Of a stretch of 64,000 nt of DNA, positions 40,201 through 47,988 are shown one piece after another. Every line of letters begins with the position of its first letter. The first letter of the stretch is position 1. The translations under genes and the position numbers were made by a program. The stretch is from Patescibacteria group bacterium. Lineage in GTDB: Bacteria; Patescibacteriota; Patescibacteriia; UBA10025; JAHIVO01. Where the stretch lies: positions 94,693 to 158,692 of the forward strand of contig JAQULM010000001.1 in the NCBI GenBank assembly GCA_028718605.1, read 5' to 3'. The notes under the pieces are model-generated. The model saw nothing but the letters and a program-made list of their open reading frames with translations, was not told the DNA's origin and ran no database searches.

Positions 40201-40785
40201 TTAGATATGTTCTTTTATTACTCCCTTCCCTGATTCAATGATATGTTCTTTCAAAAATGCTTCTACCACATCTACATTGTCTGGATTTGTGTACAAGGAC
40301 AAATAGGGGCTCATCTTTAAATTCGTATTAGCCCAACGCAAAAGAAACATTACGCCATGCCCTTTTATAACCGCCTTTGTTGCCATGCTATATATACCAG
40401 AACTGACACCAGTCATAACTGGTGTTACTCCATATGAAGCTTTTACTGGGGCGTTAAGCTTCGCCATTCTTTCATACGTCGTCAGATGGTCAAATTCCGA
40501 CCACACATGTTTTTCCTTCTTCTGCCCATACTGAATGCACACACCTTCATTATTTAATTCAATATCCATGCCTTGTCTGTATTTTCGAAATAAAGCTAAA
40601 TATAAAATTGTTGATAATAGCACGGCAATGGCAACCGTCACAACAACTCCAAACCAGCCCCATAGTTTTGGCCCCAGAATTATTAAAACTGTACCAATAA
40701 TCCAAGTGCATACTACTGCTACGATTGCAGGGCGCTGCCTTTCTTTAAAAACTTCCTTTGAAATTGAGTATTTTATTTCGGTCAT
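40201..40785 (-). CDS. Hypothetical membrane protein (194 aa) lying between the two duplicated segments
   Basis: Two N-terminal TM helices and then a soluble domain. No known motifs. Confidence 0.55.
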   Translation of the reverse strand: MTEIKYSISKEVFKERQRPAIVAVVCTWIIGTVLIILGPKLWGWFGVVVTVAIAVLLSTILYLALFRKYRQGMDIELNNEGVCIQYGQKKEKHVWSEFDHLTTYERMAKLNAPVKASYGVTPVMTGVSSGIYSMATKAVIKGHGVMFLLRWANTNLKMSPYLSLYTNPDNVDVVEAFLKEHIIESGKGVIKEHI

Positions 40786-40809
40786 AGTACTATCAGATTA
40801 TTTTATTTA

Positions 40810-42066
40810 CTAATGTGTTGCACACGTCATACACGGATCGTACGCACGGATGAGGGTACCGAGTTTACGCGCATCGGGAGCATGTCGCCGGGCAGCACGT
40901 AAGTAGTGCTCCAAGTCAACCTCGAGATTGTTAATCATTTGCGCGGTCGGGGTAATAATATTTACATTTTTTAAAATACCAAGCCGATCTGTTTCGTAGT
41001 AATGCAGTAAAATTCCGCGCGGCGCTTCTATCGCACCGACGCCCTTACCAGCACGAACGGTATACGCCGCCATCGGCTTTTGGTGTTTCATACGGAGATA
41101 CTGGGCGAGAAGTTTCTGAGTTTCTTCAACGCAGTGAATCAGCTCGACTCCCTGGCACCATACGTTATAGAACGGATTGTCGATCGGCATGCGGTGCCCG
41201 AGGTGCCGGAATGCCTGCCGCGCGATTGGATTCAGCTGGCGCCAGTTGTTGTTGACGCGCGAGAGCGCACCGACAAAATACGCTTCGCCTTTGTGTGTCG
41301 TCCGTTTAACATAATCATCGTCAGACTGGATTTCACGAACATGCCTCATGAATAACGATGGTTGCTGGCGTAATCCGTTTGTCGAAACAACTGCTGTTCC
41401 GTCATAGATCGAATATTCACGGGAAGACCGGAGGCTAATGTATTCAGTTTTCCGGTGGAAATCGGGGAATTTCAGATGTGAAATAAAATGAGCAAGCTCC
41501 ACTACCCCCATCATCACTTCCTGGCTGTCCGCAAGCAGCAATTCCAGCACGCGCCGGTTAGGGAGCTTTAAGAAACCGCCAACCTGTGAATTAACCGGAT
41601 GCAAGTTTCTGCCGCCGATGGCGTGTGATATGCGGTTTCCGTAATCACGGATTTTGAGCGCCAGCGCGCTCTGCTTCGGAGCAATGGCAAGCAAATCCAG
41701 CGCTGAATCCTTTCCGTAGAAATCTGGAATCGCCATGAAGTACGCGTGAACTGCGTGGCTCGTAATCGTCTGGGCGAGCATCATTAATTTGCGCAAAACA
41801 ACCGTACCCGGCGACACGCAGACGCGCATGGCGTTTTCCAGCGCTTTAATCGCTGTTAAATTGTGGACGATCGGGCACACGCCGCAAATCCGTGCCGTGA
41901 CGAGTGGCGCGTCCATGTAATTCCTGCCGATCAAGATGCCTTCGATAAGCCGCGCGCCCTCAAGCGTCAAATAACGCGCTTCGGGGATATTCCCCTTCTT
42001 GAGCGCTCCCCAGAACGTAGCGTGGCCCTCAATCCGCGTGACATGTTTGATAGTGACTGTCTTCAT
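40810..42066 (-). CDS. hydA: [NiFe]-hydrogenase large subunit, group 3 (sulfhydrogenase alpha-like)
   Basis: The N-terminal RIEGH...CGVC Ni-binding motif-1 region and the C-terminal DPCMTCATH. 418 aa. Confidence 0.9.
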   Translation of the reverse strand: MKTVTIKHVTRIEGHATFWGALKKGNIPEARYLTLEGARLIEGILIGRNYMDAPLVTARICGVCPIVHNLTAIKALENAMRVCVSPGTVVLRKLMMLAQTITSHAVHAYFMAIPDFYGKDSALDLLAIAPKQSALALKIRDYGNRISHAIGGRNLHPVNSQVGGFLKLPNRRVLELLLADSQEVMMGVVELAHFISHLKFPDFHRKTEYISLRSSREYSIYDGTAVVSTNGLRQQPSLFMRHVREIQSDDDYVKRTTHKGEAYFVGALSRVNNNWRQLNPIARQAFRHLGHRMPIDNPFYNVWCQGVELIHCVEETQKLLAQYLRMKHQKPMAAYTVRAGKGVGAIEAPRGILLHYYETDRLGILKNVNIITPTAQMINNLEVDLEHYLRAARRHAPDARKLGTLIRAYDPCMTCATH

Positions 42067-42869
42067 GTTTTTTTCTGGCTGTTATACCATTCTTCCTGTA
42101 TCCCAAACACCTGCAGTATCCGCTCTAAATTTTTCCTGCTGGTGCCTTTTAAAATCTGCTGTTCAAGCTGTGCGCTGCTGTATCCGGCCAATAATCCGCG
42201 GCACCCTTTGCAGAAAAACTTTAAATTCAGGCAGACGGCATCGCACCCGCCGCGCGTCACGGGCCCGAGGCACGGCTCTCCTTTTTGCAACAGGCACTCG
42301 TTGCCGTTCAACTGGCACTCATAGCAAACAGGGTTCTCTAAAAGCCTTGGGTTGATTCCTTCGCGAACTGCGTTCAACACGGCAATCACGTCCCTGCCGT
42401 CGGGCGGGCATCCGGGAAGGCAAAAATCCACGTTAACATACTTCCGGAGCGGCAGAATGTCCATATTATCAACCTGCTTCCAGGTTTTCGGGTACTGGTA
42501 CCGCACTGCTTTCCCTTTATCAATATAATTTTTAATATTGGGAATCACGCCCTGGCATGCGCATGCGCCGTACGCTACTAAGATTTTTGTCCGTTTCCGC
42601 GCTTCTTTCAGGGCTGCGATGTTCTTTTTTGTTAATGGCGCTCCTTCGATAAAGGTAACGTCATACTGTGCCTTCTTGTTTTTCTCGTCCATGATCAGGA
42701 AAAAATCGCCAAGCTCAAAATGATCGACCGCGGCGATGAATTCCGCGCCCATGTCAATCGCGGTCACCGAGCAGCCGTCGCACGACGTGAGACCGACGAT
42801 CGCGACGCGCAGCTTCCGACGCTTTGAGTAATGAGCGGAGGCGTTCATTTTTGAACTATGGTTTTTCAT
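42063..42869 (-). CDS. hydD: [NiFe]-hydrogenase small subunit (delta-like)
   Basis: VAIVGLTSCDGCS...GACACQG...CLPGCPP cysteine clusters. A 4-bp overlap with hydA. Confidence 0.85.
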   Translation of the reverse strand: MKNHSSKMNASAHYSKRRKLRVAIVGLTSCDGCSVTAIDMGAEFIAAVDHFELGDFFLIMDEKNKKAQYDVTFIEGAPLTKKNIAALKEARKRTKILVAYGACACQGVIPNIKNYIDKGKAVRYQYPKTWKQVDNMDILPLRKYVNVDFCLPGCPPDGRDVIAVLNAVREGINPRLLENPVCYECQLNGNECLLQKGEPCLGPVTRGGCDAVCLNLKFFCKGCRGLLAGYSSAQLEQQILKGTSRKNLERILQVFGIQEEWYNSQKKT

Positions 42870-43738
42870 TTGAACGAGATAGGTGGGATTTCGGAATCAA
42901 GCTTCTTAACGCATAAGTACGCGGCGGTGTACGCCATCGCATCACAAATATCAGCTGCGGTGATCGTCTCACCCCGGAGAGCTTCTAACTCATTGAATAC
43001 TTCTGCCGTTTCAAAATAATCTTCGGTCGGGCCACAGCTCGCCCGGTATGTGGCATTATCCGACTCAAGCAATGCGAGGGCATCCCCATCCGCATCGAGG
43101 GCTCGGAGGTACGCTTCCGCGAACGGCTTCCACTGCCGACATATATCCAGCATTTCTTGACGCAACGCCGGTTTGTCCTGAATGGAAAGATTGCCTGACC
43201 AAATATTTATGCAAAACGTATCGGAGAAAAAACGATCGTCAATTTTTCCCGACGAGATCGGATTGTAGCAGTTTTTCACTTCATCGGCATCGCTGTATGA
43301 ATCACCGTCAGAATCAGCCTTAAGATCACTCGTCCCATAATACCCTTCGAGCAGGTCGTTCATTCCATCCTCGTCCTCGTCCAGTGGCAGGTCGATGGCA
43401 TTGGTATTGGCGAGGGAATTTGTGTTAAGTCCAGTATTGTCGTTCAACATGATGCCGCCGTTGGTATTTTTATTCGAGGAAGTATTTGTATTCCGGTTCT
43501 GTGACGGCTGCGAATTGCTGTTTGCCTCCTGATTCTGGTTTGCAACAACCAGGTTTTCATTGTTCGAATTCGCATTACCCTTCGCGAAAAAGAAATAGTA
43601 CGCCGCGCCAGCACCAGCAATGACCACGATCCCGATAAGAATGATGAGCAACATCTTCGAATTGTTTTTCTCCGCCGGCGTCAGCGGCGCCTGGCGGTAC
43701 TGCGCTGGCGGCACCTTGATGATGGGGTTTATTTCCAT
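42866..43738 (-). CDS. Membrane-anchored protein with an N/S/T-rich linker and two acidic Ca-binding-like DxDxDG repeats, embedded in the hydrogenase operon
   Basis: A TM at LLIILIGIVVIAGAGAAYYFFF; DEDEDGMNDLLE and DSDGDSYSDADE; a Cys-containing C-terminal domain. It overlaps hydD by 4 bp and hypC by 10 bp. Confidence 0.55.
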   Translation of the reverse strand: MEINPIIKVPPAQYRQAPLTPAEKNNSKMLLIILIGIVVIAGAGAAYYFFFAKGNANSNNENLVVANQNQEANSNSQPSQNRNTNTSSNKNTNGGIMLNDNTGLNTNSLANTNAIDLPLDEDEDGMNDLLEGYYGTSDLKADSDGDSYSDADEVKNCYNPISSGKIDDRFFSDTFCINIWSGNLSIQDKPALRQEMLDICRQWKPFAEAYLRALDADGDALALLESDNATYRASCGPTEDYFETAEVFNELEALRGETITAADICDAMAYTAAYLCVKKLDSEIPPISFK

Positions 43739-43941
43739 ACATTTTGAATTAGTTGTAAACGTTTCAAGGCTTCTCTTTGGGGAATTGCACCGACCGCATA
43801 TCCATTTTCAGACATGACCCAGTTTCCCTTTTTTGCATGTGGCAGCAGCCGCACGTCGAGAGCGTGGGTCTTTTTGCCGCACTGGACGCGGGCCGTCGCA
43901 CCTTTGATTGATAGTATCTTATGTGGAATGGCGAGGCACAT
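43729..43941 (-). CDS. hypC: Hydrogenase maturation factor HypC
   Basis: N-terminal MCLAIP motif; 70 aa. Confidence 0.85.
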   Translation of the reverse strand: MCLAIPHKILSIKGATARVQCGKKTHALDVRLLPHAKKGNWVMSENGYAVGAIPQREALKRLQLIQNVWK

Positions 43942-44074
43942 AGTTTAAATCGTTTGAGTTTGTGTTGGCGCTGCGCGTATCGTTATACGATCGGATCCTT
44001 AACCTCAGACGACACCTTTATATCCTGCCGATACAAGCGGCAACACCGCAACCGTTATACGCCACTTCGACTAG

Positions 44075-44869
44075 CTAACTCTGAAAGATTACTTTCGCTT
44101 CTTTCGGAAATTTTATTTTTTTCAAATCCTCTTCCTGCCACAGGCGCTGGAAATCAACGCCGAGCTTCGACTGTTCAATAATCTTGCCTGCCATGTCAAC
44201 CCTGAAAAAAGATTCTTTCGCATAATCGATGTTTTTCCCGAAAACCTGCCGGGATAGTTTCTGGACAAACGCCTTGCCATTTTGCCTGCGCTGCAAGCTT
44301 CGTGCGAGATCTCGCAATACGGGGGTGGAAGCAACCGCGAGTACAACGCCGAAATGGTGGAATACTACTGAACCAACGCGTACCGTAAGTTCTCTGGGGA
44401 CGAGCACGTGTGAAAACTTGACCCGTGCGCCAGTAACAGTTACTTCAATATCGGCGAGCTGCCGCTGCTCAACGCTCCGGCACTGTTTGGCCGTGCCAAT
44501 CGTGAGCAAATGCGCGAGCGCGTACGCTGGCTGCATCTGGAGGTGCTCGAGATTCTCTTCAATCGCGTCAGCATGGTCAAGCGCGTAACATTCGAGCAAA
44601 TCAGCTCCGGTGATCACCCGTATTCCTTTCCGCTGCGCAAACCGGGCGGCTTGCGACGGAAACGCGGTGATGATGTGCGGTGATATGTCAGTGAGCGATA
44701 CCGGCTTACCGGTTAAAAATTTCGCGAGGTTGATGTCCGATTTGCATCCGGGGTGCAGAAACGCACGAACGAGTATTTCCACCGCTTCCGGCTCAAAGAT
44801 AATTGTTCCGAAATTCTTGAACGCGAGGCGCCGCGCCTTTTCAAGGTTTTTAATGATCTCGCGCGCCAT
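44075..44869 (-). CDS. Hypothetical protein inside the hydrogenase cluster (about 265 aa)
   Basis: A long ORF with an N-terminal Cys/His patch (CACCHHP) but no P-loop. It is not HypB, HypD or HypE by motif. The start is uncertain. Confidence 0.45.
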   Translation of the reverse strand: MAREIIKNLEKARRLAFKNFGTIIFEPEAVEILVRAFLHPGCKSDINLAKFLTGKPVSLTDISPHIITAFPSQAARFAQRKGIRVITGADLLECYALDHADAIEENLEHLQMQPAYALAHLLTIGTAKQCRSVEQRQLADIEVTVTGARVKFSHVLVPRELTVRVGSVVFHHFGVVLAVASTPVLRDLARSLQRRQNGKAFVQKLSRQVFGKNIDYAKESFFRVDMAGKIIEQSKLGVDFQRLWQEEDLKKIKFPKEAKVIFQS

Positions 44870-45800
44870 ACGATTGGGATGATGGCAACAGGCGCAAGCG
44901 GCGGATTCCAACAATACTCACAACACCGGCGACCATAAACGCCATGCCGACCCACTGTAGGGAATGTATTGATACCGTGCCCTGCGCAATCAACGTGACA
45001 ACAGACGTTATCGGTGCCCCAAGCGCCAGCACCGCAGTCGCAACCGACGCCCGTACATATTTTAAGCCGGTATAGAACGTAAACACGTAGCCGAATAAAA
45101 ACGCGGATGCAATAGCAATCCATTTCCAATGCTCGGCGGTGTACGAAAATATACTGCCAGCCTGGCCTGTTACTGCTAAAAATCCAAAAATAATGACTGA
45201 ACCCAGAAACATTCGCCCCCACATAACAATGCGCGGGGATAGTGTATTCAGCGTTCGTTTTGCAATTACGATTTCAGCGGCCCACATCAGCGTGGCGAGG
45301 AACACCAGACAGTCTCCCCAGTTCAATGCCTGTGGCCCGATGCCAAGGAATAAAATACTGCCGACGACCAACGCGGCTAAACCAATCAACAAACTCTTGT
45401 TTATTTTCTCTTTCAAAAACACGATTGCCAGAAAACTGACGTACAGAAACATCGTCTTGTGGATGAACCCGCCCTTTGCTGCGGATGTCAACGAGAGCCC
45501 TTTGAAAAACAGCAGGAACGGCACTGAACCGCCGATCACGCCGATCAGCGTAAGCTTAAGCCAGTCTTTCCCTTTCAAACGAATGATGTCCCGCCATTCT
45601 TTCGCACACAAAACAACGGCGCATAATCCGAGCGCCACGATCACGTTCTTTAAACCGGTAAACACGTATGGGTTCGCAAACTTTACGCCGATTGAGTTGA
45701 CGTAAATCGATACGCCGGATATCACGGCGGTCGCGAGTACAAAGAGGATGCCTTTTCGTTCGTTCATATTCCGAGCAACGATTAAATTTCCAATTACCAA
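44850..45800 (-). CDS. DMT-superfamily (EamA-like) transporter
   Basis: Ten predicted TM helices in a 5+5 duplicated arrangement. Confidence 0.75.
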   Translation of the reverse strand: MVIGNLIVARNMNERKGILFVLATAVISGVSIYVNSIGVKFANPYVFTGLKNVIVALGLCAVVLCAKEWRDIIRLKGKDWLKLTLIGVIGGSVPFLLFFKGLSLTSAAKGGFIHKTMFLYVSFLAIVFLKEKINKSLLIGLAALVVGSILFLGIGPQALNWGDCLVFLATLMWAAEIVIAKRTLNTLSPRIVMWGRMFLGSVIIFGFLAVTGQAGSIFSYTAEHWKWIAIASAFLFGYVFTFYTGLKYVRASVATAVLALGAPITSVVTLIAQGTVSIHSLQWVGMAFMVAGVVSIVGIRRLRLLPSSQSYGARDH

Positions 45801-45900
45801 ATCCTAATACCCAATCAATGTCCAATGAGGAAAAAACCAATGACTAATTGGTGAATTGAATATTGGGGAATTCATTGGAAATTGGATATTGGTCATTGAA
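45801..45900. repeat. CCAAT/ATTGG foldback element (MITE-like, no cargo) between the transporter gene and hydG
   Basis: The left half carries repeated CCAAT motifs and the right half repeated ATTGG motifs (ttcattggaaattggatattgg). The two halves are related to the terminal arms of the element at 58420..58960. Confidence 0.5.
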
Positions 45901-45902
45901 TA

Positions 45903-46736
45903 TTATTTATACTGCACTGTATCTTTCAATTGCGCATAGGTAAAGACAGGGCCGTCTTTGCACACGTAGTACGGCCCGATCGCGCAATGCTGGCACGTCC
46001 CCAGGCCCGCGCAGTGCATCCGGCGTTCAAGCGACAAGTAAATGCTTTCATCCGAATAACCAACGTTCTGCACTTCGGGCACAACAAACTTGAACATGAT
46101 GGGCGGCCCGCACAGCACAGCAACGCCGTTTTTCACGACATCCGCTTTTTTAAACAGGACAGTTATCACACCTTTGTAGCACGAAATTGGGCCAATTGTC
46201 GTATCAGTGCCCTGGTCCATGGACATGGTAATAGTAAACATTTTTCCGAGCTTTTTCATTTCTGATTTAAAGAGAATCGCGCCAAGGTCACGGCACCCGT
46301 ACAGCAATTGAACCTGGCGGTGTTCTGTATCAAGCAGGTTCCGGTTAATTAAATAGTGCAGCAACGAACGCAGCGGCACGAGGCCTAGCCCGCCCGCGAT
46401 GAGTAGGATATTTTTCTTCTCAAATTTCTTGAGGTCGAAACCGTTGCCGTACGGTCCGCGGACGCCAAACGTATCGCCTGCTTTCAGCTCATGGAACTTG
46501 CCCGTTACCCTGCCGACGTTCATCACGGCGATATCGTACGTGTTTTTTTCGGTTAACGATTCGGCAGGCACGAAAACCGATTCGCCGAATCCTGGCAGTG
46601 AGAATACGAAAAACTGGCCAGGATTATATACAAGCGCACCACCGCTTTTCAACTTGAACCTGAACGATTTCACGTTCGGCGTCTGTTGCTCTGTTCCAGT
46701 AATTTTCGCTTCTTGTGTTTGGTAGGGATTCAGCAT
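45903..46736 (-). CDS. hydG: Sulfhydrogenase gamma-like subunit (FAD/NAD(P)-binding oxidoreductase with a C-terminal 2Fe-2S cluster)
   Basis: A ferredoxin-reductase-type fold (RPYS-like PYQTQ...; GGLGLVP) and a C-terminal cysteine cluster CAGLGTCQHC. The start is taken at MLNPYQ. Confidence 0.8.
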   Translation of the reverse strand: MLNPYQTQEAKITGTEQQTPNVKSFRFKLKSGGALVYNPGQFFVFSLPGFGESVFVPAESLTEKNTYDIAVMNVGRVTGKFHELKAGDTFGVRGPYGNGFDLKKFEKKNILLIAGGLGLVPLRSLLHYLINRNLLDTEHRQVQLLYGCRDLGAILFKSEMKKLGKMFTITMSMDQGTDTTIGPISCYKGVITVLFKKADVVKNGVAVLCGPPIMFKFVVPEVQNVGYSDESIYLSLERRMHCAGLGTCQHCAIGPYYVCKDGPVFTYAQLKDTVQYK

Positions 46737-46849
46737 GATGATTAGGTTGAGGTGGCGTTTTCGCTGCTCGTATCGTAATACGGTTCCGTACTGCGGCTTT
46801 ATGCCGATAGCCACAAACGACACCGATACGGGCGGCGATACCGCTACCG

Positions 46850-47860
46850 TTAAACGAGAATTTTTTTCTTACTGTACTTCGGGTCCTTGTGCTCATCCAT
46901 CCATTTGAACACGTCCGCGCGCTTGATGCCCACGGGGCACACGCGGTCGCACCTGCCACAGTTGACGCACCCCATGATCTGGAATTCCCGCGGCGTCCTG
47001 ACCCACTTGTGCGCGTACCAGTTTTGGATGCGCTGGGCATTGGTTTTTAAAAACTTTTCTCCGCCGCCGATTTCTGAAAAATCATTGTAAAAACATGTGG
47101 TCCATGACCGTACGCGTTTACCGCTGCCTTTCTCCTTTGTCGCATGCTCATCGGCGATATTGAAACAGTAACACGTCGGGCAATCAATCGCGCACTTTCC
47201 GCACGCCATGCAGATCTCCCCCCAGTGCAGCCATGCGTCCTGCGATGCTTCAACGATTTGCTTCCGGTGCCGCTCGAGGTCAGGGTCAATGCCCTCTTCC
47301 TTGATCAACCCTGCAAATTCAATATGTTCATACGCTGTGAAACCAAACGCATCCAGCGTTTCCTGGCCGCGCTCGCTACCGGTGAACACTTTCCATTCGT
47401 TTTTACCCGATTTCACGAGCAGGATGTCGAATATAACGTGCTCGAGGATGTCCTCCTCGTACCGCTCGCGCAAGTGCCCGGAAAAACCTGAGCCCTCGAA
47501 GAACGCATGCCCGACCAACAGGTTGCTTTGGCGCTTTTTCTGGTAGTACGGATCCCGCTCAAACACCTGGTGGAATAAGCCGACAGCTTTCAGGTCCATG
47601 ACTGACATCAGAAAACCGCATTCCGGCGCATACGGCTCTTTCCGCTCAGCGAGCTTCCCGCGCCTGAATGTAAAAAGCTCATCGCGCTTCGGCACCAGGA
47701 CGTGCTTATAGGTATTGATAGGGATTTGCGGGGAAAAATCGACTTCTTCCAGCTCGTGGACTTCATCTACATACAGTTCATTCCCGTCACGAACAGGCGC
47801 GTATACTCTATACTTTTTCTTGAGGTAAACGAAAAATTTCTTGAGCTGTTGTCGCGTCAT
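46850..47860 (-). CDS. hydB: Sulfhydrogenase beta-like subunit (4Fe-4S protein)
   Basis: Two ferredoxin-type motifs, CMACGKCAIDCP and CVNCGRCDRVCP. The start is approximate (MTRQQLKKF). Confidence 0.8.
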   Translation of the reverse strand: MTRQQLKKFFVYLKKKYRVYAPVRDGNELYVDEVHELEEVDFSPQIPINTYKHVLVPKRDELFTFRRGKLAERKEPYAPECGFLMSVMDLKAVGLFHQVFERDPYYQKKRQSNLLVGHAFFEGSGFSGHLRERYEEDILEHVIFDILLVKSGKNEWKVFTGSERGQETLDAFGFTAYEHIEFAGLIKEEGIDPDLERHRKQIVEASQDAWLHWGEICMACGKCAIDCPTCYCFNIADEHATKEKGSGKRVRSWTTCFYNDFSEIGGGEKFLKTNAQRIQNWYAHKWVRTPREFQIMGCVNCGRCDRVCPVGIKRADVFKWMDEHKDPKYSKKKILV

Positions 47861-47988
47861 AGTGGATATATTATAACAAAAAACAACGCGTTGGACAAAC
47901 GTGCACGGTGATATAAAAAACGCCGGACCCACGAGAGCTTCCGGCGTTTCTCACGGTGGTGAGGATCGTATGGAGTACATACGACACC

